Positions 30,769 through 41,306 of a stretch of 64,000 nt of DNA are shown here, one piece after another. A program made the translations under genes and the position numbers. The DNA lies in assembly GCA_965216465.1 (NCBI GenBank), contig CBDCFW010000005.1, forward strand, positions 512,001 to 576,000. Direction: 5' to 3'. The notes beneath the pieces are model-generated. The model had not been told where the DNA came from. It saw nothing but the letters and a program-made list of their open reading frames with translations, and searched no databases. Every line of letters begins with the position of its first letter. The first letter of the stretch is position 1. Source of the stretch: Bacteroidia bacterium. Its GTDB lineage: Bacteria > Bacteroidota > Bacteroidia > NS11-12g > UBA9320.

Positions 30769-32879
30769 CTATTGTTGTACTTATCAAACCCTTCATCCAA
30801 AAACTTTATGAACTTGGTTTCGTCAGGATCATAACCTCCACCAATGCTCAATATAGTTCCTTCCTCATCCACAATATAATAATAAGGTTGGCCTTGACTA
30901 TTGAACGTATTCAATTGTAAGTCTTTGTTGCGATCAGCAAGAGTTTCAATTTTATCTCCATCTTTATTGGTATACTGCTCATCTTTAGGCAATTTTTTTC
31001 GCTCATCAGTATAAAGACTAGCTATAACAAAGTTGTTTTGCAATCTCTTAAGCACTTCCGGTTTTACCCAAACATATTCTTCCATCTTACGGCAATTTGC
31101 ACACGTATGACCGGTGAAATCAACAAAAACAGGTTTGCCTATTTCTTTTGATTTTGCAAGTGCATCCTCATAAACAAAAATTCCAGTTAGGCCATGTGGT
31201 AAATGAAGAATATCAGAATATCTAATTTCTGAATCATGAGTATCCGTAGAAGCCTGTGCAGCTCCTCCTTGAAGAACTACATAGTCTTGTGTTGTCATTG
31301 GTGGCAACAACCCAGAAAGAGGTTTTAGTGGTGCTCCCCATAATCCTGGGATAAGGTATATTCCAAAGCTAAAAGCAGCAACAGCCATCAAAAATCTAGG
31401 AACAGGAATTCGATCCATATCGCTATCATGCGGAAACTTTATCTTTCCTAAAAAGTATGCTCCTAAAGCTATTGAAAGAACAATCCAAATGCTCAAGAAC
31501 ACATCTCTATCTAGAATCCCCCAGTGATAAGCAAGATCAGCTTGAGATAAGAATTTGAACGCTAATGCAAGCTCTGCAAATCCTAAGAAAACTTTAACTG
31601 AATTCAACCAACCTCCAGATTGAGGCAAAGACTTCATCCATTGCGGGAAGAAGGCAAATAAAGTAAATGGTATTGCAAACATGAGAGAGAAGCCAAGCAT
31701 TGCTGCCAGTGGCTTCATAATTTCTCCAGAAGCTGCCAAAATCGAAACGGAACCAACAATTGGGGCGGTGCAAGAGAATGACACAAGAACCAAAGTAAAT
31801 GCAATGAAGAAAACGCCAAGGTAACCTCCTCTATCTCCTTTAGCATCCATCTTGTTTACAAATCCACTCGGAAGTGTAAGTTCAAACATTCCTAAGAATG
31901 ACAGAGCGAAGAATATGAAGATTAAGAAGAATAATACATTAGGTAACCAGTGGGTACTTAAGGCGTGAGCAAACGTTGCACCAAACAACATTGCGAGCAA
32001 CATTCCAAGAATGATGTAAATTCCAACAATAGAAAATCCATAAAACAATGCCATTTTTTTACCTTTAGCTTTGTCTTCTTGCTTAGTAAAGAAGGCAACT
32101 GTCATCGGAATCATTGGGAAAACACAAGGTGTAAATAGTGCAAGTAAACCTCCACCCATTCCAAGTAAAAATAAGGTCCAGAGTGACTGTTTAGTAACAT
32201 CATCTTCAGGGGCAGCATTTACCACCTCTGTTTCTTCATTTTCATCTGAAGTATTTGCCTCTTCACCATTCTCAGTTGTTTCTTCTCCTTCATCTCCTTC
32301 TGCTCCTTCATCGGTAGGTTCTTCTCCTCCTTCGTCGGGATTATCAGAAGATGTTGGTTTGGTCTCATCAGGAGTATCTTGAGATGCTTCTGTTACATTC
32401 AATCCTGTTAATGAAAAATCATGTGTAAAGTCTAAGCAACTACCGTCATTACAAATTTGGTAGCTTAATGTTCCTGACAGTTTAGGATTCATTCCAGTCA
32501 CCTTAACCTTTTGAACCATTTTAGCTTCGTGCTTAAAGATTCGAATATCACCAGATCCGCAAACCAATTCCCAGATCTCATCGACATAGTCGATCGCTCC
32601 CACTGGAGTTGGTCCATTGACTAAAGTCAAGTCACTTTTCTCAAATTTTATTTTTGTTTTTTGAGGTCCACAATCACCAAGATCATAATCATTCGAATAA
32701 ATGTAGTGGTGATCTTCAATTGGAGCAGAGAAAACTACATCAACAATATCACCAACTTGAGCTTGATTTGTAGAAAACTTCTGAGACCAAGTTGTAGGTT
32801 CAATATTGGCTTGTCCGTTTGCTGTAAAAAATAATCCGCTGCTAACAAACGTTAGAATCAGTAAAAGAAATTTTTTCAT
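30765..32879 (-). CDS. dsbD: DsbD-family thiol:disulfide interchange protein
   Basis: [36 protein letters not shown], thioredoxin [10 protein letters not shown]. Confidence 0.9.
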   Translation of the reverse strand: MKKFLLLILTFVSSGLFFTANGQANIEPTTWSQKFSTNQAQVGDIVDVVFSAPIEDHHYIYSNDYDLGDCGPQKTKIKFEKSDLTLVNGPTPVGAIDYVDEIWELVCGSGDIRIFKHEAKMVQKVKVTGMNPKLSGTLSYQICNDGSCLDFTHDFSLTGLNVTEASQDTPDETKPTSSDNPDEGGEEPTDEGAEGDEGEETTENGEEANTSDENEETEVVNAAPEDDVTKQSLWTLFLLGMGGGLLALFTPCVFPMIPMTVAFFTKQEDKAKGKKMALFYGFSIVGIYIILGMLLAMLFGATFAHALSTHWLPNVLFFLIFIFFALSFLGMFELTLPSGFVNKMDAKGDRGGYLGVFFIAFTLVLVSFSCTAPIVGSVSILAASGEIMKPLAAMLGFSLMFAIPFTLFAFFPQWMKSLPQSGGWLNSVKVFLGFAELALAFKFLSQADLAYHWGILDRDVFLSIWIVLSIALGAYFLGKIKFPHDSDMDRIPVPRFLMAVAAFSFGIYLIPGLWGAPLKPLSGLLPPMTTQDYVVLQGGAAQASTDTHDSEIRYSDILHLPHGLTGIFVYEDALAKSKEIGKPVFVDFTGHTCANCRKMEEYVWVKPEVLKRLQNNFVIASLYTDERKKLPKDEQYTNKDGDKIETLADRNKDLQLNTFNSQGQPYYYIVDEEGTILSIGGGYDPDETKFIKFLDEGFDKYNNR

Positions 32880-33011
32880 TAAGTGATTAAATATAACTTC
32901 AAATAAAACGCTTTTAGATACATTTCATTACAAAAGATGTAGATAAGTGCATAAATGTTGCTTCAGCTGAGTTTCGCCTAAACTACTTTTGACCATTGCT
33001 TTAGAATTTTC

Positions 33012-34421
33012 ATGAGACCACTATTAGCCATATTTGTTGTTGCAATTGCAACTGGAGTTTTTGCCGAGAAGCAAACCCCTCAACAATATATTGAAAAGTA
33101 TAAGGATTTAGCTGTTATTGAAATGCATCGCAGCGGAGTTCCAGCCAGTATTACGCTTTCGCAAGGAATCCTCGAAAGTAACTCAGGAAACAGCAGGTTG
33201 GCGAAGTACGCAAACAACCATTTTGGCATCAAGTGTAAAGGCAGCTGGACAGGCAATGTAATCTATGCCGATGATGATGCACCAGATGAATGTTTTAGAG
33301 CTTACGATGATGTCTTGTCATCTTATCGCGACCATTCGAATTTCCTTAGAGAAAATTGGAGATATCACCCACTTTTCGAACTCGAACTTACCGACTACAA
33401 AGGATGGTGCCGTGGTCTGAGGAAGGCGGGATATGCTACAAATCCGCAGTACGGAAATATTTTAATCAATTTGATCGAACGCTATGAACTGCAAAAGTTT
33501 GACCGATTACCGCTTCCAGGAACTGGTTTACCTGCCCTTGAATTAGGAACTTCGGTAAATGGAGTGCCAGTTAAAACAGTTGAAGAAGGCGAAACTATAA
33601 ACTCCATCGCTTCTCAAAATTATGTGAAGGATAAGCACATCCGTAAATGGAATGACTTACCGAAGGATGCCGAAATTTCTGCTGGAGATATGGTTTACTT
33701 GAAACCAAAAAGACGTCGTGGCTCAGAAGCAGAACACAAGGTTGTTGAAGGAGAAAGCATGCACGACATTTCTCAGAAATATGGCATCAAAATGAAGCAG
33801 CTATACAAGAAGAACCGCATGGATTTTGGATCCCAGCCTAAAGCAGGTGAAACCTTATACATGCAGAAAAAACGAAGCTCAGAAGATGCTGTTCAATTGG
33901 CCGACCCAAAACCTCAGTGGGAAGAAAAGAAAGAAGAGAAATTTGTAAACCCTCACTCCAATGTAAATACTGAAGACATTGACTTTTCAAGTCCAGGAGC
34001 TCTGAACAAAAAAGACATTGATGTTCCTGATTTTCACACTGTTGAGAAAGGAGATAACATTTACCGAATCGCTGAAAAGTATCGCGTGTTTGAAGAAGAT
34101 CTGTTAGCGTGGAATGCTGATTTAAACCCAACTGCGATGAAAATCGGACAAAAGATTTACCTCTCGAAAGAAGCAGCGGAAGCAAACAATGCGACCACAG
34201 AAACAGCTCCCGAAGAGAAATCTCCAACTTCCGAAGAAGAAATAGAAAACATCAAAAAAGACATTACTGTTGACGGACCTATCACACATATTGTGGTTAA
34301 AGGTGACACTGTATATAATATTTGCAAACGTTACAACATCACTGAAGCCCAGCTTAAAGAGTGGAATAACTTAGAAACGATAACCATAAAGCTCGGAAGC
34401 AAACTTCAAGTATCTGAATAA
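33012..34421 (+). CDS. GH73 glucosaminidase with multiple LysM domains
   Basis: PASITLSQGILES, NNHFGIKC, GYATNPQY; four LysM-like repeats (e.g. HTVEKGDNIYRIA). Confidence 0.92.
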   Translation: MRPLLAIFVVAIATGVFAEKQTPQQYIEKYKDLAVIEMHRSGVPASITLSQGILESNSGNSRLAKYANNHFGIKCKGSWTGNVIYADDDAPDECFRAYDDVLSSYRDHSNFLRENWRYHPLFELELTDYKGWCRGLRKAGYATNPQYGNILINLIERYELQKFDRLPLPGTGLPALELGTSVNGVPVKTVEEGETINSIASQNYVKDKHIRKWNDLPKDAEISAGDMVYLKPKRRRGSEAEHKVVEGESMHDISQKYGIKMKQLYKKNRMDFGSQPKAGETLYMQKKRSSEDAVQLADPKPQWEEKKEEKFVNPHSNVNTEDIDFSSPGALNKKDIDVPDFHTVEKGDNIYRIAEKYRVFEEDLLAWNADLNPTAMKIGQKIYLSKEAAEANNATTETAPEEKSPTSEEEIENIKKDITVDGPITHIVVKGDTVYNICKRYNITEAQLKEWNNLETITIKLGSKLQVSE

Positions 34422-35863
34422 TGACGCCAAGTCAAACACTGCTCATACTCGTTGCCTATTTTGGATTGCTAATCCTCATATCGTGGCTAACTTCGAGAAA
34501 TTCAGATAGCACTTCATTTTACACTGGAAACAGAAAGTCGCCCTGGTATTTGGTTGCTTTTGGAATGATAGGGGCATCACTATCAGGTGTTACCTTTCTT
34601 TCGGTTCCAGGTTGGGTGAGCACTACACACTTTGGTTACATGCAAACTGTGATGGGTTACATGGTGGGCTATCTCATCATTGCTTTAGTGCTTCTTCCCC
34701 TCTACTACCGCTTAAAACTAACTTCGATATACACCTATCTTGAAACGAGATTTGGATTTTACTCCTACAAGACGGGGGCAGCTTATTTCTTGCTTTCGCG
34801 TGTTATTGGTGCTTCGTTTCGTTTGTTTCTGGTTGCCAGTGTTTTGCACATGGCCATATTTGAACCTTTTGGATTTCCGTACTGGTCTACAGTAGCGATC
34901 ACCATTATCTTAATTTTTACCTACACGGCTAAAAGTGGAATAAAAACAGTGGTTTACACCGATGCTTTGCAGACCTTCTTTTTGCTTGCCGCAGTAGTAC
35001 TGACCATTTATTTCATCATGGGTTCCTTAGATTGGAGTTTAATGGACACCATTTCTCATCTTCGTCAAGATCCCAATACGCAGATATTCCATTTTGAAGG
35101 AAATGGCAACAATGTATTTTGGAAACAATTTCTTGGTGGTGCCTTTATTGCTCTGGCCATGACAGGTTTGGATCAAGACATGATGCAGAAGAATTTGAGT
35201 ATTAGTAATATAAAATCAGCACAAAAGAACATCTACATCCAAATGGCTTTGTTCTTGGTGGTGAACATTGTTTTTCTAAGCTTAGGAGCATTGTTGTACC
35301 ACTACGTTGAGGTAAATCAAATTACGGGAATAGCTAAATCAGACCAGTTATTTACAACTGTAGCCTTACAAGCGAGTCCAATTGTTGGGGTATTCTTTGT
35401 GATAGGATTGGTCGCTGCTGCATATTCAAGTGCAGATAGTGCCTTAACCGCCTTAACAACGAGTTTTTGTGTAGACTTTCTTGGCTTTGAACGGACGAAA
35501 CCAACCGATGTAAAAGTGAGAAGAGCTGTTCATATTGCATTCGCAGTGATTTTGTTTTTTGTAATTTTACTTTTCAATCAAATTAACAACGCAGCGGTTA
35601 TAAAAGAGCTGTTCACTGCAGCCGGATTCACCTATGGCCCCCTGCTCGGACTCTTTGCTTTTGGAATACTTACAAACAACAAAATAAACGATAAACACGT
35701 TATACCTATTACACTCATCTCTATTGGAGCTACTGCTTTCTATTATTGGGGACTTCCAGAACTTATTTCAGGCTTTAAGGCCGGATTTGAATTGATCATT
35801 ATTAATGGTCTGGTAACCTTTCTGCTTTTATTGGGAGATAGTGCATTAACAAACAAAGAATAA
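34421..35863 (+). CDS. Sodium:solute symporter
   Basis: GASLSGVTFLSVPG, GLDQDMMQK, AAAYSSADS. Confidence 0.92.
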   Translation: MTPSQTLLILVAYFGLLILISWLTSRNSDSTSFYTGNRKSPWYLVAFGMIGASLSGVTFLSVPGWVSTTHFGYMQTVMGYMVGYLIIALVLLPLYYRLKLTSIYTYLETRFGFYSYKTGAAYFLLSRVIGASFRLFLVASVLHMAIFEPFGFPYWSTVAITIILIFTYTAKSGIKTVVYTDALQTFFLLAAVVLTIYFIMGSLDWSLMDTISHLRQDPNTQIFHFEGNGNNVFWKQFLGGAFIALAMTGLDQDMMQKNLSISNIKSAQKNIYIQMALFLVVNIVFLSLGALLYHYVEVNQITGIAKSDQLFTTVALQASPIVGVFFVIGLVAAAYSSADSALTALTTSFCVDFLGFERTKPTDVKVRRAVHIAFAVILFFVILLFNQINNAAVIKELFTAAGFTYGPLLGLFAFGILTNNKINDKHVIPITLISIGATAFYYWGLPELISGFKAGFELIIINGLVTFLLLLGDSALTNKE

Positions 35864-35866
35864 CAT

Positions 35867-36580
35867 ATGACAGAGAAAAATCAAGAAAGAATAAGAAAGG
35901 CCTTTGCTAATCAAGACTGGCCAGAGATTAAGAGCTCATACAGCTGGAATATTTTTAAGGTGATGGCTGAATTTGTAGAAGGCTATGATACTTTAGCTAA
36001 GATTGGCCCGTGCGTATCTGTATTTGGGTCAGCTCGTACACAACCAGGAACTCCATACTATGAAATGGCTGTTGAAATTGGTCAAAAATTAGCCGCTCAA
36101 GGATTAGGAGTAATTACAGGAGGAGGTCCAGGTATTATGGAAGCCGGAAACAAAGGTGCTAGTACAGAAAAAGGAGCTTCGGTTGGATTAAACATTGAAC
36201 TTCCATTTGAACAAACTGCGAACCCATACATCGACCGTGATAAAGAAATTAACTTCAACTTCTTCTTTGTAAGAAAAGTGATGTTTATGAAATATGCTCA
36301 AGGGTTTATTGTGTTACCAGGCGGATTCGGAACACTTGACGAGTTGTTCGAGGCATTAACGCTTGTACAAACACAGAAAACAGCGAAGTTCCCAATCATC
36401 TTGGTTGGTTCTGAGTTCTGGGGAGGATTGATGGATTGGATAAAAGATGTACTGCTCGCAAAAGAAAAGAATATCAGTCCTGAAGACATGTATTTATTCA
36501 AGCTGGTTGATACAGCCGATGAAGCTGTAAATGAAATATTTGATTTCTACAGCAAATACAGCATGAGTCTGAATTTCTAA
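35867..36580 (+). CDS. LOG-family (TIGR00730-type) Rossmann-fold protein
   Basis: VFGSAR, ITGGGPGIMEA, FFVRK, PGGFGTLDE. Confidence 0.93.
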   Translation: MTEKNQERIRKAFANQDWPEIKSSYSWNIFKVMAEFVEGYDTLAKIGPCVSVFGSARTQPGTPYYEMAVEIGQKLAAQGLGVITGGGPGIMEAGNKGASTEKGASVGLNIELPFEQTANPYIDRDKEINFNFFFVRKVMFMKYAQGFIVLPGGFGTLDELFEALTLVQTQKTAKFPIILVGSEFWGGLMDWIKDVLLAKEKNISPEDMYLFKLVDTADEAVNEIFDFYSKYSMSLNF

Positions 36581-36606
36581 CTATCTTTGAAATCAATTTT
36601 ATTGTT

Positions 36607-37134
36607 ATGAAAAAATTACTTTTTGTGGCGTTTATCGCCTTTAGTCTTGCTTCGTGTAAAGAAGCAACAACAACCCCTGATGGCAGTAATGATGGGAACA
36701 ACGCCGTTACTATAGAAGGCGTTTGGAACTTTGATAAGATCGAACAAATTAACGGAACTATGAAGCTTAATGGAGCGGCGTTAGGTACGTTTTCAGCTTC
36801 AAGCAGCAATGAATCAGGAACTGCAGAGTTTAAATCTGACGGTACAATGACAAGCACAGTTGCTTATACGCAGACTACAATTATGCAACTTACCGGTTTA
36901 CCAGAACAAGAAATTGTTAATGAAGTTCCGCAAACAACTACAACTGGAGAGTATGTTTACGATGAGGATAACAGCACAATTACCTTAACGGCAAATGGAC
37001 AAACTCAAGAAGCAGAAGTTGTTGAATTGACAGCAAGTAAATTCGTTTACAAAATCGATTTTGTTACCTCACAAACGGAAAACGGTGTAACAACGACTTC
37101 TGAATCAGAAATCGTTACTACTTTCTCTCGTTAA
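36607..37134 (+). CDS. Lipocalin-like lipoprotein
   Basis: Lipobox LASC; IEGVW motif; beta-rich; TATCTTTG -7 element at 36582-36589. Confidence 0.65.
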   Translation: MKKLLFVAFIAFSLASCKEATTTPDGSNDGNNAVTIEGVWNFDKIEQINGTMKLNGAALGTFSASSSNESGTAEFKSDGTMTSTVAYTQTTIMQLTGLPEQEIVNEVPQTTTTGEYVYDEDNSTITLTANGQTQEAEVVELTASKFVYKIDFVTSQTENGVTTTSESEIVTTFSR

Positions 37135-37142
37135 AAGAAACT

Positions 37143-38489
37143 TTGGATAAATTTTCAGAAACCATAGCAGCTCCTGCTACTCCGTCTGGTATATCAGCAC
37201 TTGCAGTAGTTCGGGTTTCTGGGAATGATGCCATTTCCATCTTAAATAAATGTTTTACTAAGGACGTTGCTGACGCGAGTCCTTATACCATTCATTACGG
37301 TCATATCGTTGATGGCGAAACTAAGATTGATGAGGTATTGGTAAGCATTTTTAGAAATCCTCAATCGTATACTGGTGAAGATTCAGTTGAAATTTCTGGA
37401 CACGGTTCGCCGTACATTACCAAACGAATTCTTGAAACTTTAGTGAAATACGGAGCTCGAATTGCCGAGCCTGGTGAGTTCACTTTGCGTGCTTTTTTGA
37501 ATAAGAAGATTGATCTTGCACAAGCTGAAGCTGTGGCGGACATGATCTCGAGCAACAGCGAAGCAAGCTTGCAAATGGCTTTAAGTCAGATGCGTGGTGG
37601 CTTTAGTAATGATATTGCCTTCTTACGCCAAGAACTGATCGATTTTGCTGCTTTAATTGAGCTGGAAAATGACTTTGGTGAAGAGGATGTTGAATTCGCA
37701 GACCGCGATCGGTTGAAATCTCTGATTGACAAGCTGCTTACTCAAATTGAAAAGCTTCGCTCCTCCTTTGCAGCAGGGAATGTGTTAAAACATGGAATCA
37801 GTACGGTGATTGCCGGAAAGCCCAATGCCGGAAAAAGCACCTTGTTGAATGCATTGCTGAATGAAGAAAGGGCAATTGTATCTGATATTGAAGGAACCAC
37901 CAGAGACACGATTGAAGAAGTTTTTGTGTTGAATGGAATTCAATTCCGATTGATTGACACTGCTGGATTACGTGAAAGCTCAGACCATATTGAAAAGATT
38001 GGTGTAGGCAAAACCAAGGAGCATATGGAGAAGGCTGAGTTGATTGTCTATCTCTTCGATTTAAAAAGCACAACTCCCGAATCGTTGCAAGAAGAGATCA
38101 AAGATCTGCCTGATTCAAACGAATTGGTATTGGTCGCCAACAAAATTGACGGAGTAGAATACAAGACCAAAGATTGGCCAAAGAATACTGTCTTCATTTC
38201 TGCAAAACAGAAAGATATATCTCCACTAATTACAAAGCTTGAAACTATTGCCAACCAATATGAGTTTGGCAACGAGACGATTGTAAACAATGCTCGTCAT
38301 GCCGATGCTCTCACCAAGTCGTCTATCGCTTTAAATCAGGTCATTTCCGGCTTAGATTCAGGAATGACCAGCGACATGGTAGCTTTAGATATTCGAAACG
38401 CCTTGTATCAACTAGGATTAATCACCGGTGAGGTGACAAATGACGAGGTGTTGGATTCGATTTTTACGCGGTTTTGTATTGGTAAATGA
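37143..38489 (+). CDS. mnmE: tRNA modification GTPase MnmE (TrmE)
   Basis: TIAAPAT, SYTGEDSVE, GKPNAGKS, GTTRD, DTAG, C-terminal FCIGK. Confidence 0.98.
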   Translation: MDKFSETIAAPATPSGISALAVVRVSGNDAISILNKCFTKDVADASPYTIHYGHIVDGETKIDEVLVSIFRNPQSYTGEDSVEISGHGSPYITKRILETLVKYGARIAEPGEFTLRAFLNKKIDLAQAEAVADMISSNSEASLQMALSQMRGGFSNDIAFLRQELIDFAALIELENDFGEEDVEFADRDRLKSLIDKLLTQIEKLRSSFAAGNVLKHGISTVIAGKPNAGKSTLLNALLNEERAIVSDIEGTTRDTIEEVFVLNGIQFRLIDTAGLRESSDHIEKIGVGKTKEHMEKAELIVYLFDLKSTTPESLQEEIKDLPDSNELVLVANKIDGVEYKTKDWPKNTVFISAKQKDISPLITKLETIANQYEFGNETIVNNARHADALTKSSIALNQVISGLDSGMTSDMVALDIRNALYQLGLITGEVTNDEVLDSIFTRFCIGK

Positions 38490-38670
38490 GATATCCCTGA
38501 TTACACCTGCAAATACCATCACAATCCACTCCCACCAACAATTCTTAAAATTCTCGATTAGTTTACTCAAGTTTCTTCTGGTATCCACTGGTTAAGAGGA
38601 TGTTACAAAAATGTATCTCAGGATTCGTACCGAGATAAAAACCGTTACATTGGCAGTAAAAAGGTGAAAT

Positions 38671-38730
38671 GATGACATCTCCAGACAGCTTGTGACATCT
38701 CGAGATAGTTCAGGACATCCTTAGACATTA
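38671..38730 (+). repeat. Three imperfect 20-bp tandem repeats (GACA/GATA every 10 bp) upstream of the xis-like gene
   Basis: GACATC at 38674, 38694, 38714; GACA/GATA at 38684, 38704, 38724. Confidence 0.8.
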
Positions 38731-39089
38731 TGAGTTCAAACATGAGATTGAATAAGGTCTGTATTGAATGTGGTAACAACTACATCGCACAGACCACGGT
38801 AACTAAATACTGTTCGCACAAATGTGCGAGCAAATCATACAAAAGAAGAGTTCGAGATCAGAAGCTAAAAGAGTTCAATGAGAAGGAATTAACTATCCGA
38901 ACTCAGCTTATCAAACACCCTGAATTATCTGAAAGACCCGTCTTATCAATTGACGAGACCTGTACACTCATTGGGATAAGTAAACCTACATTCTTTAGAA
39001 TGAGTAGAGCAGGTCAGATCGAGACTACCAAGATTGGTAGAAGGGTCTTCGTATCACGTAAAGAAATCAAAAGAATATTTAAGTTATGA
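38730..39089 (+). CDS. Excisionase-like HTH protein with N-terminal Cys4 zinc-finger-like motif
   Basis: CIECG...YCSHKC; C-terminal LSIDETCTLIGISKPT...KIGRRVFV. Confidence 0.85.
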   Translation: MSSNMRLNKVCIECGNNYIAQTTVTKYCSHKCASKSYKRRVRDQKLKEFNEKELTIRTQLIKHPELSERPVLSIDETCTLIGISKPTFFRMSRAGQIETTKIGRRVFVSRKEIKRIFKL

Positions 39090-40204
39090 ATCACAAAGTA
39101 CACTTGCGTAAAACGCTAAACAGAACAGGAGAGAAATTCTGGTGGAAGTTAGACTTCGCACCTAAACTCAGAGATCCAGAAACAGGTAAACTAACTCGCT
39201 TCAAGGCATTAGGCATATTTACTTATGCCAAGGTCAGAACTCCATTTGAACGGCACCACAATCAGGAAATGAAGGTCCTTTTAGACAATACACTCCTGCA
39301 AGTCAAGATTAAGCTAGTAAATGACGAATTGGACTTCATCAAGGTAGACAACGGACAAAAGGACTTCCTTGAGTATTTTCTAGAACTAGCTGAAAAGAGA
39401 CGCACCAGTAAGTCCAATCACTCTAAGTGGATAATAGTACATAAATACCTTAAAGAGTTTGCTGGGTCAGTCCGTTTTAATGAAATAGACAGAGTTTTCG
39501 CTCAACGCTTTGGCGAGTACCTAAAGAACAAGCCTCACAGCAAAATCAAAGGCAAGACAATCTCAGCTAACTCAGCAGCATCCTATTTCTCCAAGTTCAT
39601 CTTTGCTTTGAAGCAAGGCTACAAGGATGGTTTTCTACCTAAGAATGTAGCTGCCGAGATTGACAGGATAAAGACTACTGAAACGAAACGCATCTTTCTA
39701 ACTCACGAAGAGGTATCTCTACTAATTGAAACTGAATGCTACGACACTATTCTAAAACGATGCTGCATCTTCATGACCTACACTGGAATGCGTGTTAGCG
39801 ATGCTGAAAGACTCAAATGGGGAGATATCGAATACAGTAAAGACGTCGGTTACTTTATACGATTCAGACATCAGAAGACTAAATCTGAGCAAACCCTACC
39901 GATTACAACTGAAGCTTACGAGCTTCTAGGGGATAGAGGTGAAGATGATGAACCTGTGTTCAAAAAATTTAAAAGACGATACCCGGAACTTAAACGATGG
40001 GTAGCTGCAGCCGGAATAAAAAAGAATGTGGGACTGCATACTTTTAGGCACACAGCGGCCACCCTCCTACTTAATGCAGGAGTGGCCATCTACACGGTAT
40101 CCAGGATCTTAAACCACAAAGACTTGAAAACTACAGCAGTTTATGCTAACTTACTAGACAAAACCAAGGCAGAGGCCGTAAGTAAGATTAGTTTTAAAAT
40201 ATGA
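39086..40204 (+). CDS. Tyrosine recombinase / site-specific integrase
   Basis: YTGMRVSD (R), QKTK (K), HTFRH (HxxR), LNH..LKTTAVY (H, Y). Confidence 0.95.
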   Translation: MNHKVHLRKTLNRTGEKFWWKLDFAPKLRDPETGKLTRFKALGIFTYAKVRTPFERHHNQEMKVLLDNTLLQVKIKLVNDELDFIKVDNGQKDFLEYFLELAEKRRTSKSNHSKWIIVHKYLKEFAGSVRFNEIDRVFAQRFGEYLKNKPHSKIKGKTISANSAASYFSKFIFALKQGYKDGFLPKNVAAEIDRIKTTETKRIFLTHEEVSLLIETECYDTILKRCCIFMTYTGMRVSDAERLKWGDIEYSKDVGYFIRFRHQKTKSEQTLPITTEAYELLGDRGEDDEPVFKKFKRRYPELKRWVAAAGIKKNVGLHTFRHTAATLLLNAGVAIYTVSRILNHKDLKTTAVYANLLDKTKAEAVSKISFKI

Positions 40205-40905
40205 CACCAACTGAGAGAGCCAAATTTGTTTTTGACGAGATTTTCCTAAAGTCCGATGGACAGTACCTTTTTCCAATATCTACATCTGAGCAGATGAGAT
40301 TAGAGATAAACAGATACTTGAAGGAAATAAAGACGAAATTGAATAGGACGATCTTCTTAGCAGAGCTTCTAAATCTTCTTGATCGGCAATACCTTGAAAG
40401 AATTCGGTTACAAGAGAGGGATATGTATGGTGTGATTCTTTCAAATCATGAAACAATACTAGCCCTAGAAGCCTGGTTAATTGACCTAATTGATACAACA
40501 CGACGAGAACAAAGCAGGAAGAAGACAAGAAAAGTCACAATCACTAAGGACGCTCAAATAAACCAGCCTGCATTTATTGATTTTCTTGAACATTACATAT
40601 TTGATTATGCAAAACGGGAAGATCTTCTGTTATTCTTCTCCTATCCGTACAAGAGGCCAAAAAATCAACTAAAACTTGCTGTTTCGATTCCTGCATTTGC
40701 ATATCTTATAGATCGTCTTGGAAAAACTGCAACAAGAGACTCGAAATGGCACGACTTAACTCAAGACAAAGTCCTAACCAGTACAACAGGAAAGCCTATA
40801 AACCGTGGTCACTTAGCTAATGCCAATAGTACTGGTAAAAAAAAGACAGAAATCTATTCGATTATTGATGAAAAAATGAAACTCATCAAGAAAAAACACT
40901 CATAA
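40201..40905 (+). CDS. Hypothetical protein coupled to the integrase
   Basis: 234-aa ORF whose ATG overlaps the integrase stop; no motif recognised. Confidence 0.6.
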   Translation: MTPTERAKFVFDEIFLKSDGQYLFPISTSEQMRLEINRYLKEIKTKLNRTIFLAELLNLLDRQYLERIRLQERDMYGVILSNHETILALEAWLIDLIDTTRREQSRKKTRKVTITKDAQINQPAFIDFLEHYIFDYAKREDLLLFFSYPYKRPKNQLKLAVSIPAFAYLIDRLGKTATRDSKWHDLTQDKVLTSTTGKPINRGHLANANSTGKKKTEIYSIIDEKMKLIKKKHS

Positions 40906-40967
40906 TTCAATCTGCTCTTAGTGTTCCAAATTTTATCTCTCATTCTCTGCCGTATTTCGAATGAAAT

Positions 40968-41306
40968 ATGTCAGAGATCACTGTCATACAACTCAGTCAA
41001 GAAGAACTAAGAGCTATTATTCGCAACGAAGTTTCAGCTATTCTCAAAGAGGAACTAAAGAACCTATCTGCATCATCAGGCACTAATGTTTTCTTGACTA
41101 TTGAACAGGCTGCTGAGTACATCTGCTTCTCCCCTGACCACCTACGAAAGATGTGTCAGCAGAGAAAGATTGTAGCTCACAAAGTTTCAAATAAGTGGCT
41201 ATTCAAAAAGTCAGATCTTGATGAGTTTGTATCTCAGGGCAGAATTTTCACTGATGTACAGATCTCCAACGCATCAGAAAGAATCATAAATAAGATTTTA
41301 CAATGA
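40968..41306 (+). CDS. Excisionase-family (HTH_17-like) DNA-binding protein
   Basis: FLTIEQAAEYI...HKVSNKWLFKKSDLDEFV. Confidence 0.88.
   Translation: MSEITVIQLSQEELRAIIRNEVSAILKEELKNLSASSGTNVFLTIEQAAEYICFSPDHLRKMCQQRKIVAHKVSNKWLFKKSDLDEFVSQGRIFTDVQISNASERIINKILQ

Noticed and set aside
32071-32382. Ser-rich antisense ORF and acidic low-complexity stretch
   Set aside because: Shadow of the Glu/Gly-rich linker in the DsbD-family protein
33838-34227. Small ORFs overlapping long genes (this one and the many other 60-130 aa overlapping calls)
   Set aside because: Antisense or out-of-frame shadows of well-supported CDSs, with no motifs
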